A DNA stretch of 20,944 bases, taken from the NCBI GenBank assembly GCA_046757025.1, contig JBHHXN010000089.1, forward strand, positions 1 to 20,944, in the 5' to 3' direction. The DNA comes from a bacterium (GTDB lineage Bacteria > Zhuqueibacterota > Zhuqueibacteria > Oceanimicrobiales > Oceanimicrobiaceae). Of this stretch, positions 9,154 to 17,584 are shown in pieces (position 1 is the stretch's first letter; each line of letters opens with the position of its first letter). The position numbers were made by a program, and so were the translations under genes. A model generated the notes under the pieces. The model was not told the DNA's origin, made no database searches, and worked only from the letters and a program-made list of their open reading frames with translations.

Positions 9154-9825
9154 TTATTGCCGGGTGATTTTTAAAATCCTCTGATCGTTCTGCGCCTTGA
9201 ATTTAGTACGATGTCCGTAATCGGCTAACGAACCGATATCTTGTACACGCAGATGACAATTTATACAAATTTCCTGGTAAAATTCAAGAGGCCGGTAAAC
9301 CACTGGAAAACCCTGCCAGTTGCCTCGGTTATTTTCTCCAATATTCACATTGGCGTAAAAAGCACCCGCCATTTTCAAATGCTGTTCAACAAATTTTAAA
9401 CAATGCTGGACGATGTCATCGGTCATGTGGATGAACACCGAGAAAGCCCACACAAAATCAAATGTTTGCTTTAAATTGATTGAAGAAAAATCCCCTTCGC
9501 AAATGAGGCGCGGTTCTTTACTGGTTAATTTAAAGCTCACCAGCTCTCTTTGCCCCTCGGTTAGCACCTCCTCCCTGGACTCGATTCCGAAGTAATGGCC
9601 TGGGTCGAGATACTGAATGATGGGAATGCCACCGCGAAGTGTGCCGCAACCGATGTCGAGCAAGAAATGCTGCGGCTGCAAACCAACCCGCTTTAAAAAG
9701 TGAATCTGAAAATCTCGCTTCATTTTCCACAGTTCGGGCGGCCCCACTAGAGCGTGTCGTCGTTCGGTGGCATCGAGTAAAAAATAGCGCACTTTTCCAA
9801 TTAGGCGTTTGGTTAGACTTTTCAT
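9154..9825 (-). CDS. Class I SAM-dependent methyltransferase
   Basis: Motif I LLDIGCG and FDFVWAFSVFIHM. Start moved to ATG 9825 (MKSLTKR), which has an AAGGA RBS and avoids overlap with the upstream GT. Confidence 0.88.
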   Translation of the reverse strand: MKSLTKRLIGKVRYFLLDATERRHALVGPPELWKMKRDFQIHFLKRVGLQPQHFLLDIGCGTLRGGIPIIQYLDPGHYFGIESREEVLTEGQRELVSFKLTSKEPRLICEGDFSSINLKQTFDFVWAFSVFIHMTDDIVQHCLKFVEQHLKMAGAFYANVNIGENNRGNWQGFPVVYRPLEFYQEICINCHLRVQDIGSLADYGHRTKFKAQNDQRILKITRQ

Positions 9826-9848
9826 CTCAGTTCCTTGCGGTTTGTAAA

Positions 9849-10958
9849 TCAATCTGAATTCACAGATATCTTGGTGGCTTTTTTCAGCACGGCGATTTCT
9901 TGTTCGGTGATTTTCAATGCATTGCAAATGGAATCGATATGATTGCGGGCGTTTAGTGACATTTGGAGAAATCTTTTTTTATCTGAGATCAACTCTAAAA
10001 CGGCGTTTTGCAGAGCAGCGGGATCATTTGGCGGCACCAGCAAACCGTCCAGGCCATCCCGCACAAATTCCGGAATGCCTCCAACTCGGGAGGCCACCAC
10101 CGGCCTCCCACATGCCATGGCTTCGCACATGGCGACGCCCTGGGTTTCTTGACGGCTCGGCGCCACAAAAAAGCCGAATTGCTGATAAAGTTCCGGCAAT
10201 GTATGATGTTGAATATGCCGCGAGTGAATAGTCGTATTGGAACGATACTTTGTGATCATTTTTGAATATTTGTGGAAATAGCGGCCGCAGCCGTAAATGG
10301 CTAAACTGGCGCTTTCCAAATTTGAAAAAGCTTTGATGGCCACATCAAGGCCATAAACCGAACGTTCCAGGCTGCGCACAGAGATGCCTTTGGTGAAATT
10401 CGCCGGTTCCTTGTATGAAAAAAGCCGGGTGTCCACGGCATTCGGAATGATGCAGGCGTTTTTGAACCGGGCCAGCGTGTGTTTTTCTGCCGCGCGCAAC
10501 AAATAGTTTGACACAAAGACGCTGGAATCAGCCTGATGCAGAAAACGTCGGATCAGGCGCAATTGCACCATCAATCTCGGAAGCAGCACCAACCGTTTTT
10601 TAACCCAATCCAGTTTATTTTTCGAGGACATCAACCGAAAGCTCCACAGTACTTCATGGCCTAACACCCAAACCACTTTGGGATAAGGCAATGGTTGAAT
10701 GGTTGGAATCATCCACCAGGTGGCGAAGTGAACCGCCAGCACGTCCGGCGCAAAACGGTCAACCTTGTTGGCGAAGACCGGCTTTTGCGTTTTGTGAACC
10801 ACCACCCCTTCGAATTGATAGCAATAATCCTGTTTTTGAATGACGAAAACCTCCACCGCATGGCCGAACTTCAGATACCATTTGGCTCGCTGGTGAACAA
10901 AAGCGAATGCGCTGGAATTTTCAGAAGGGTAATCCGGACAGATAATGGCAATTTTCAT
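9849..10958 (-). CDS. Glycosyltransferase family 4 (GT-B)
   Basis: IPNAVD, EX7E motif (ETQGVAMCE), AMACGRPVVASRVGGIPE, GLLVPP.D. Confidence 0.92.
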   Translation of the reverse strand: MKIAIICPDYPSENSSAFAFVHQRAKWYLKFGHAVEVFVIQKQDYCYQFEGVVVHKTQKPVFANKVDRFAPDVLAVHFATWWMIPTIQPLPYPKVVWVLGHEVLWSFRLMSSKNKLDWVKKRLVLLPRLMVQLRLIRRFLHQADSSVFVSNYLLRAAEKHTLARFKNACIIPNAVDTRLFSYKEPANFTKGISVRSLERSVYGLDVAIKAFSNLESASLAIYGCGRYFHKYSKMITKYRSNTTIHSRHIQHHTLPELYQQFGFFVAPSRQETQGVAMCEAMACGRPVVASRVGGIPEFVRDGLDGLLVPPNDPAALQNAVLELISDKKRFLQMSLNARNHIDSICNALKITEQEIAVLKKATKISVNSD

Positions 10959-10959
10959 T

Positions 10960-12213
10960 TCACATCAAAAACTGTTTCAGATAATCCACAATGCGGACAG
11001 CGGTCTGGCCATCCCATAGTGCAATGGATGACGCCCGGCCCGTGTGCCTTTGCAGCGCTTTTTTCGCGGCTTCGGCGATAGCTTGCTCCTGCACCGGAAC
11101 CAGGGTATTACTGCCCTCGTGCAAAGTAATCTGCCACTCGGTAGTGGGCCGGAGGGTCAGGCATGGAATGCCGAGGTAGCTGGTTTCTACTTGCACGCCG
11201 CCGGAATCGGTCAAAACCAGGCGGGCTTTGGTCTGCAAGTGCAGAAAATCCAGATAGCCCACTGGTTCCGTTACCAGCAGTTGGCTGACCGCTAATTTTT
11301 GTATCAGCGATTGCGGCAGTTTTTGAAGCAGCTTGTGCGTTCGCGGGTGCAGGGGAATAATAATCGGCAAATCGACGCTAACTCGCATGAGCGCCGAAAG
11401 AATCGTGGCCAGTGTGGCGGCTTCATCCACATTGCCGGGCCGATGCAAAGTGGCCAGTGCAAATTCCCCATCCCGAATGGGCTGCACATGCGCAGGCCGA
11501 TACTTTTCATTGAGCTTGTGGATTATTTGCGATTTCTCCGCTTTTTTTAGACATTTTTTCAGGGAATCGATCATGATGTTGCCCACGCGAAAAATTCGGC
11601 GTGCGTCCACTCCTTCGGCCAGCAGGTGCTCATCCGCATCGCGGCAGGTGGTGAACAGCATATCGGAGAGGACGTCGGTGGTCACCCGGTTGACCTCTTC
11701 CGGCATGTTGAAATCAAAGCTGCGTTCCCCGGCCTCTATGTGCACAATCAAGGGCGCGGTCTCGGAGCGCTTCTGCCATCTATCTGGCGCCGGCGATTCC
11801 GCAGCCACAGCTCGTTTCATCAAATAATCTTCGAAGTTTTGGCGAAGCCGCAACAGGTTTTCTGACGGAATTTGCACTTTTGTGGCACACAAAGCGCAGG
11901 CGATGGTGGAATTGACGTCTCCCACCACCATGACCATCTGCGGTCTGTGCTCGAGAAGTTGGGGCTCAAAGTGTTTCATGATTTCCGCGGTTTGTTCGGC
12001 GTGACTGCCGGATCCCGCCTCCAGGTATATCTGCGGCCGCGGCAATTTCAGATCATCGAAAAACACTTTTGACATGTTTTCATCGTAATGCTGCCCGGTG
12101 TGTACGATGAGGGGCTCAAACCGCTGGGGATGCTTTTTCATTTCTTCGTAAATCGGCGCAATTTTCATAAAATTCGGCCGGGCGCCAGCGACTAAAAATA
12201 CTTTAATTTTCAT
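10960..12213 (-). CDS. wecB: Non-hydrolysing UDP-N-acetylhexosamine 2-epimerase (WecB/WbpI family) with ~39-aa insertion
   Basis: GARPNFMK, HTGQHYD, GDVNST, HIEAGERS, MPEEVNR, TLHR, HPRT, TDSGGVQ.E, LWDG. Confidence 0.9.
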   Translation of the reverse strand: MKIKVFLVAGARPNFMKIAPIYEEMKKHPQRFEPLIVHTGQHYDENMSKVFFDDLKLPRPQIYLEAGSGSHAEQTAEIMKHFEPQLLEHRPQMVMVVGDVNSTIACALCATKVQIPSENLLRLRQNFEDYLMKRAVAAESPAPDRWQKRSETAPLIVHIEAGERSFDFNMPEEVNRVTTDVLSDMLFTTCRDADEHLLAEGVDARRIFRVGNIMIDSLKKCLKKAEKSQIIHKLNEKYRPAHVQPIRDGEFALATLHRPGNVDEAATLATILSALMRVSVDLPIIIPLHPRTHKLLQKLPQSLIQKLAVSQLLVTEPVGYLDFLHLQTKARLVLTDSGGVQVETSYLGIPCLTLRPTTEWQITLHEGSNTLVPVQEQAIAEAAKKALQRHTGRASSIALWDGQTAVRIVDYLKQFLM

Positions 12214-12325
12214 GCAAATTACCTGATTGAGGATGTTTTAAATCGCTCAACAAATCGCTTTTGTTTTTCAGTTTTATTACCTGAATCATTCTTCAACCCC
12301 TGAGCCGGTTCCCTTCTCATATCCA

Positions 12326-13654
12326 TTAAGTCAGTCCCTCCAATATTTTGGCCAACTCGCCCGCCTGATGTCGCCGTTCGAATTTCTGCAGCCGTGGTGA
12401 AGGTGTCATTTTCATCCACTCACCTGAATTCCTTTTCTCCAAAATGTGCTGCAATACTTTTTGAATGGCTGCCCTGTCTTTTGGCGGTGCGACCCAGCCG
12501 AGATGGTTAGCGTAGATCAAATCGGCGGCTTCCCCTTCGGGAGCCAGGGCCAAAATGGGTTTCCCAGCGCCGATGTATTCAAACAATTTGCCGGTGAGGA
12601 TACCCTTGTTAGCCGGCGCATCGTCGATTATCAAAAGCAGCACGTCGCTCGCCAGCAAATAAGCCAGGCTCTCTTTGTGCGTCAAATAGGGCACCACCTC
12701 AATCAGGCGTCGTACGGGTGAAACCTGAATGCGTTCGAGAATGGGTTTTCCCAACCGCCCGATAAAACGCAGACAAAATTTTTCGAGCAGCTTTGGTTTT
12801 TCTTTTTGAAGGGATTCCAGCGCCTGCAAAAGATATTCCGGATGGCGCGGGCCGTATAACGAACCGCTGTATGTGAGGGTCCATGCTGATTTATTTGCCG
12901 CGGGTTGAACCTTCTCAAAATCACTGGCATCAAAGCCGTTTGGCAGAAGCTGCCAGCGGGCCTCTCGCACGCGGGTGTGACGGCTGAGCAGATCTTCTTT
13001 CACCCCCTGCGACACGGTCAAAATCCGATCCGCCTGTTGCAGCACGGACGCTTCCATTCTTTTTTCGATGGCACGGGAAATGGCCGGACGCCACTGTGGC
13101 GCCGAAACCCAGCCGATCCAGGAATCCCGAAAATCCGCCACCCACGGCAGGTGACTTTGTTTGTGTAATTTCAGCCCGATCAAATGCGTGGTGTAGGGCG
13201 GCGCAGATGAAAAAATTACCTGGATATTTTCAGATCGTAAAATTTGCCTGCCCATTCGGTAAGCAAACGGCAACCAGCCGATGCGGGCGTCCGGCACGAA
13301 AAACGTCGCGCGCACCCACTCGGAGACGCGCTCACGGACACGACGTTTTTCCTTCTCGTCCAGCGTCAGGGTGGCGATGTCGGTGGATTCCGAGGCTTCG
13401 CGGCCGGTGAATTTGCGGTACCAGCGATAGGGTTCGATGATGCGTGAGCGATAGACTTTCACACCCTGCGGCACCTCCTCGAATAAAGCGGGGTCGGAAA
13501 CCGGATAATCGGCCTCGTTTGCCGTCAACACCACCGGCTCCCAGCCGAATTCTCGCAAATATTTCACGAATTTCAAGGTTCGCTGCACACCGGCGCCGCC
13601 AGACGGGGGAAAATAATAGGTAATAATGAGGACTTTCTTTTTTGCAGGGTTCAT
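12326..13654 (-). CDS. Glycosyltransferase family 4 (GT-B)
   Basis: KVLIITYYFPPSGGAGVQR, SSAPPY, WVADFRD.W, LPNGFD, YSGSLY, GKLFEYIGAGKPIL. ATG directly abuts the upstream TAG. Confidence 0.9.
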   Translation of the reverse strand: MNPAKKKVLIITYYFPPSGGAGVQRTLKFVKYLREFGWEPVVLTANEADYPVSDPALFEEVPQGVKVYRSRIIEPYRWYRKFTGREASESTDIATLTLDEKEKRRVRERVSEWVRATFFVPDARIGWLPFAYRMGRQILRSENIQVIFSSAPPYTTHLIGLKLHKQSHLPWVADFRDSWIGWVSAPQWRPAISRAIEKRMEASVLQQADRILTVSQGVKEDLLSRHTRVREARWQLLPNGFDASDFEKVQPAANKSAWTLTYSGSLYGPRHPEYLLQALESLQKEKPKLLEKFCLRFIGRLGKPILERIQVSPVRRLIEVVPYLTHKESLAYLLASDVLLLIIDDAPANKGILTGKLFEYIGAGKPILALAPEGEAADLIYANHLGWVAPPKDRAAIQKVLQHILEKRNSGEWMKMTPSPRLQKFERRHQAGELAKILEGLT

Positions 13655-15226
13655 CTAAGCCGGCTGCAGCGTACGGTTATTTTTCAGATGGTATTTTGAA
13701 CCACACTCGGGACAGGTCAGGAGAGTTTCTTTTTGCTGAAGCCGAAAGCCGCAATCACACATCCAGCCAATTTGCTGGGCCGGCACCCCGGCCACCAGCG
13801 CCGAAGGCAGCACATCGCGGGTTACCACGGCGCCGGCCGCCACAAAGGCATTTTCGCCGATGGTGGCGCCACAAACCACGGTGCAGTTGGCCCCAAGACT
13901 GGCGCCTCTTTTGACGTGGGTGGTCAGGTAATCTTCAGAAGTGTTTCTCGGAACCGCCGAACGGGGATTTTTAACATTGGTGAAAACCATGGAAGGGCCG
14001 CAAAAGGTGTCGTCCTCCAGAATTACCCCCTCGTAAACCGAGACGTTGTTTTGAATTTTGACGTTATTGCCGATGACGACGTTGTTTGCCACGAACACGT
14101 TCTGCCCCAGACTGCATTTTTCGCCCACTCTGGCGCCGGGCATGATGTGGGAATAGTGCCAGATTTTGGTACCGCGACCGATTTGCGCGCCGCTATCCAC
14201 CACCGCGGTGTCGTGCACAAAATAATCGGCTTTATTTTCAGAAGGTAATTTTTCTGCAGGGGCACGCAAAGATTCCTGAGCGTGTTTGAGGACTTTCAGA
14301 ACCGCCAGAGCTTCCGCAGCGTCGGTTTTGGGCTGCTGGCGATTTTGCACACAGTGGATGAAATGCTGCAGCTCGTTTTTCAGCGGCTCGGTGCTGGCAA
14401 ATTCCACTGCCTGCGGCGCTTCGTCGCGCTTCACCGGCTCGCCTTTGATAAAATCGATACCGCGATCGTAAATCAGCAGCTTTTCGTGCTCTTTGGTGTC
14501 ATCAAAAACCAGCATAGCTTTATCGCCCACGATCACCAGTCGGTGCTCCTTGAAAGGATGCAGCCAGCTCAAATAAATATGCGCCATCACGCCGCTGGGC
14601 CATTTCATCACGGTCAGTGTGACGTCGTGAATGCCGGGCTGAAGCATGACTTCTCCGGATGCATTCACCCTCTCCGGAGGCCCGTCGAGCAAATAATTGA
14701 GCACGGAAATGTCATGGGGAGCAAAACTCCATAATATGTTTTCTTCTTTGCGCACGCGGCCGAGATTGAGGCGGTTGGAGTAACAGTAACCCACCCGGCC
14801 CAACCGGCCTTCCTCCATCAACTCTTTGATGCGTTCGATAGCCGGATGATAGCGCAGAATGTGTCCCACCATGAGGATTTTATTTTGTTTTTGTGCCAGC
14901 GTTGCCAGTTCTTCCCCTTCTGCCACTTTCAACGCCAGCGGTTTTTCCACGAACACGTCTTTGCCCGCCATTAACGCCTGACGCGCGAGTTCATAGTGGG
15001 TGGCCGCTGGCGTGGCAACGGTGACCGCGGTGATCGAATCGTTGGTCAGCACGTCTTTGTAATTTGTGGATAAAGATACTTCGGGATAGAGCGAACGGAA
15101 CTTCTCCAGAGTCGCCTTTTTTGCGTCGCAGATTAGAGAAAGCGCTTTTAATTCGTGTAAATTCCGTACGATGTTCTTGCCCCAATAACCGGCGCCGATG
15201 TGGGCAATTTTAAGCTGGTTTTTCAT
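13655..15226 (-). CDS. Fusion: Gfo/Idh/MocA NAD-dependent sugar 3-dehydrogenase (WbpB/WlbA-like, aa 1-~321) + hexapeptide N-acetyltransferase (WbpD/WlbB-like, aa ~335-523)
   Basis: N-domain IGAGYWG, VEKP, VGH, APHD. C-domain hexapeptide repeats, KIWHYSH, KIQNNVSVYEGV, GPSMVFTNV.NPRS, GVPA.QIGW, terminal CxC...CxxC. Confidence 0.9.
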   Translation of the reverse strand: MKNQLKIAHIGAGYWGKNIVRNLHELKALSLICDAKKATLEKFRSLYPEVSLSTNYKDVLTNDSITAVTVATPAATHYELARQALMAGKDVFVEKPLALKVAEGEELATLAQKQNKILMVGHILRYHPAIERIKELMEEGRLGRVGYCYSNRLNLGRVRKEENILWSFAPHDISVLNYLLDGPPERVNASGEVMLQPGIHDVTLTVMKWPSGVMAHIYLSWLHPFKEHRLVIVGDKAMLVFDDTKEHEKLLIYDRGIDFIKGEPVKRDEAPQAVEFASTEPLKNELQHFIHCVQNRQQPKTDAAEALAVLKVLKHAQESLRAPAEKLPSENKADYFVHDTAVVDSGAQIGRGTKIWHYSHIMPGARVGEKCSLGQNVFVANNVVIGNNVKIQNNVSVYEGVILEDDTFCGPSMVFTNVKNPRSAVPRNTSEDYLTTHVKRGASLGANCTVVCGATIGENAFVAAGAVVTRDVLPSALVAGVPAQQIGWMCDCGFRLQQKETLLTCPECGSKYHLKNNRTLQPA

Positions 15227-15391
15227 GGATTTTCCGAAAGCATTGATTTTTTATTTTTGAAATATATTACCGCTTGTTGATTTAGATAGCGCAAAAGCCC
15301 GCTTAATAAATTAAAACAAAATATCTACGGCAATCCAGTTAGCTCAGCAACCCTCCAAAATTATCATATTGATATTTTTAGATAATCGTAC

Positions 15392-15420
15392 AATATAAGC
15401 ATGCCTTAAAAATAATTCAA
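15392..15420 (-). promoter_or_regulatory. Putative sigma70-type promoter of the glycan cluster (TTGAAT-17 nt-TATATT)
   Basis: Minus-strand hexamers at 15420-15415 and 15397-15392; would give a ~160-nt AT-rich leader before ATG 15226. Confidence 0.55.
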
Positions 15421-15527
15421 GTACTATGGTTTGAATCGTGAATTTACGACCTTGAATTGTCAGCCAAACAGGCAATTCCGCGCACAGAGTTACATTTTAT
15501 CGACGCCTCTCTCCGGCCATGCGCGGA

Positions 15528-16700
15528 TTACCCTCCCGAAATGGCCAGCTCCGCTTCGGCACCTGGAACCGAATCATCGTCGAGATTCTCCAAATAACCT
15601 GGGGGCAGTTTGACTTTCTGCCGACCGCGCCGTTCACGAAGCCGGGGGCGATTTTTCAATGGCGGGTACGGTTCCTCCGGCGGCAAGGTTTCCACCAATT
15701 GGACAAGCTGCTGAAACGAGGTAATTTGTGCAAGCTGTGCACCGAGCATGTCGGGCGTGCGCGTAAATCCATTCAGGTACCAGGTGAAGTGTTTGCGAAA
15801 AGTGCGCATGGCCGTGGGTTCATCCAGCCAGTCGCAGAGCATCCGGGCATGTTCCATCATGATTTTCACAACCTGACCGAGCACCGGTGCGGGCTGCGGT
15901 TGTCGCCCTTCGAACATCTCCAGCAAGTCGCGAAAAAGCCAAGGCCGCCCCAGACAGCCACGCCCCACTACCACGCCGTCGCAATCGGTTGTGCGCATCA
16001 TACGCAACGCGTCGCCAGCCTGCCAGATATCGCCATTGCCCAGTACAGGGATGGAAGTGACGTGCTGTTTTAGCCTGGCGATGGTGTGCCATTGCGCCCG
16101 GCCCTGATAAAGCTGGGCTGCGGTACGGGCATGCATGGCCACCGCCGCACACCCCTCCTCTTGAGCGATCTGGCCGGCAGTAAGGTACGTCTCCAGCCCT
16201 GCGTCGATGCCGATGCGAAATTTGATGGTGACCGGAATGCTGCCGGCGTTTTCACAGGCTGCGCGCACCAGACTCCGCAACAATTTGGGTTTGACTGGGA
16301 TGGCCGCCCCGCCGCCGCGGCTGGTAATCTTCCGCACCGGACAGCCAAAATTCAAGTCGATGTGATCCACCAAATTCTCATTCACCAGATAGGCGACGGC
16401 TTCCCCCAAAATCGATGGCTCCACGCCGTAGAGCTGAAGACTGCGCGGAAATTCATCCCGCGCAAAGGAAGCTAATTTTAAGGTGTGGGCATGTCGCCGC
16501 ACGATCATGCGGGCGGTCACCATTTCGCTGACAAACAGGCCGGCGCCAAATCGTCGGCACAAAACGCGAAAAGGGGCGTTGGTGATGCCCGCCATGGGCG
16601 CCAATACCACCGGCGGCCACACCGAAAACGAGCCAAGCGTGAGGGGTTGAAATTCTCCGGGCTTCGCCGGCAAATCTACTGGTGTTTTTTTCACGTGCAT
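15528..16700 (-). CDS. dusB: tRNA-dihydrouridine synthase (DusB/NifR3 family)
   Basis: LAPMAGITN, SEMV, QLYG, DLNFGCP (catalytic Cys), VTIKFRIG, HART, GNGDI, GVVVGRG. GGGAG RBS. Confidence 0.93.
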   Translation of the reverse strand: MHVKKTPVDLPAKPGEFQPLTLGSFSVWPPVVLAPMAGITNAPFRVLCRRFGAGLFVSEMVTARMIVRRHAHTLKLASFARDEFPRSLQLYGVEPSILGEAVAYLVNENLVDHIDLNFGCPVRKITSRGGGAAIPVKPKLLRSLVRAACENAGSIPVTIKFRIGIDAGLETYLTAGQIAQEEGCAAVAMHARTAAQLYQGRAQWHTIARLKQHVTSIPVLGNGDIWQAGDALRMMRTTDCDGVVVGRGCLGRPWLFRDLLEMFEGRQPQPAPVLGQVVKIMMEHARMLCDWLDEPTAMRTFRKHFTWYLNGFTRTPDMLGAQLAQITSFQQLVQLVETLPPEEPYPPLKNRPRLRERRGRQKVKLPPGYLENLDDDSVPGAEAELAISGG

Positions 16701-16754
16701 GGATTCTCCCGCCTTAAATAAACAGCGAACAGATGCAATTGACCTTCCTAAACT

Positions 16755-17525
16755 CTACAAACCAAATTTTGCATTGAAATCATCTACAACTGCCAGAAAT
16801 TCATCCGGCAATTTTTCTCTCACCGGCTGGACGATTTTTTCCGGGAGGGTTTTATAAAAAGCCTGGGCGATACCGCCGGCGATGCAGGCAATGGTGTCGC
16901 TGTCACCGCCTAACGAAATACCATTGCGAATGGCGCTTTCAAAATCTTCAGACTCCAGAAAAGCGATGATCGCTTCTGGCACCGAACCCTGGCACGAAAC
17001 ATCGAAAGTGTAAACTGGCCGAATGTCTTCTAAAGCGCGATTGAGCTGATAGTCAAAGCGGTCACTAATTTCATTTTGAATTTGCTTTTTGCTGCTGCCG
17101 GTTCGCGCCAGAAAAATCGCCAGGGCTGTGGCCTGGGCACCGATGATTCCCTGGGGATGATTGTGAGTGACTGCCGCGCTTTTTGCCGCCGTCTGCAAAA
17201 CATCTTGTATCGTGTTGAATGCAAATCCTACCGGACTTACGCGCATGGCCGAGCCGTTTCCCCAACTGTTGTACGGTTCGCAGTCTTCTGAAAACAGCCA
17301 TTGGATGAATGAGCCGCCGTAACCGGCAAAGGGATATCTCCGTCCAAACTTTTTAAACGAGGTCACAAAATCCTCATTTTCCAGAATCGCATACGCCGCT
17401 GCTATGGTTAAAACCGTGTCGTCGGTAAAAGTGCAAGCCGGCACAAACAGCGGGAATTTAGTTGTCTTAATGCTGTGGTGCTCGTAAACCGAACCGATGA
17501 TATCGCCGGCAATGGCTCCTAACAT
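16755..17525 (-). CDS. ADP-ribosylglycohydrolase (DraG/ARH family)
   Basis: GAIAGDIIGS, FTDDT, GNGSAMR, VTHNH, GGDSDT metal-binding motifs. GGGAG RBS. Confidence 0.93.
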   Translation of the reverse strand: MLGAIAGDIIGSVYEHHSIKTTKFPLFVPACTFTDDTVLTIAAAYAILENEDFVTSFKKFGRRYPFAGYGGSFIQWLFSEDCEPYNSWGNGSAMRVSPVGFAFNTIQDVLQTAAKSAAVTHNHPQGIIGAQATALAIFLARTGSSKKQIQNEISDRFDYQLNRALEDIRPVYTFDVSCQGSVPEAIIAFLESEDFESAIRNGISLGGDSDTIACIAGGIAQAFYKTLPEKIVQPVREKLPDEFLAVVDDFNAKFGL

Positions 17526-17545
17526 TTTGCTCTCCCTTTCAATCT

Positions 17546-17578
17546 AAACCTTCCAGGTCTTAGAGACCTGGAAGGTTT
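17546..17578. repeat. Perfect 15-bp REP-like palindrome
   Basis: AAACCTTCCAGGTCT (17546-17560), TAG loop, AGACCTGGAAGGTTT (17564-17578); degenerate second copy at 17581-17603. Confidence 0.8.
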
Positions 17579-17584
17579 CTGGTC

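Noticed and set aside
9826..9927. Extended methyltransferase start overlapping the GT4 gene
   Set aside because: A downstream ATG at 9825 has a good RBS and no overlap.
11749..11865. Epimerase insertion as a mini-intein
   Set aside because: Far too short and lacks the C-terminal His-Asn followed by Cys/Ser/Thr.
15519..16721. Plus-strand ORFs of 78-184 aa opposite dus, and similar shadow ORFs throughout the window
   Set aside because: Antisense shadows of well-supported genes, without motifs.
16755..17525. draG as part of nitrogenase ADP-ribosylation control next to a nifR3-like gene
   Set aside because: No draT or nif genes are present; NifR3-like proteins are simply Dus enzymes.
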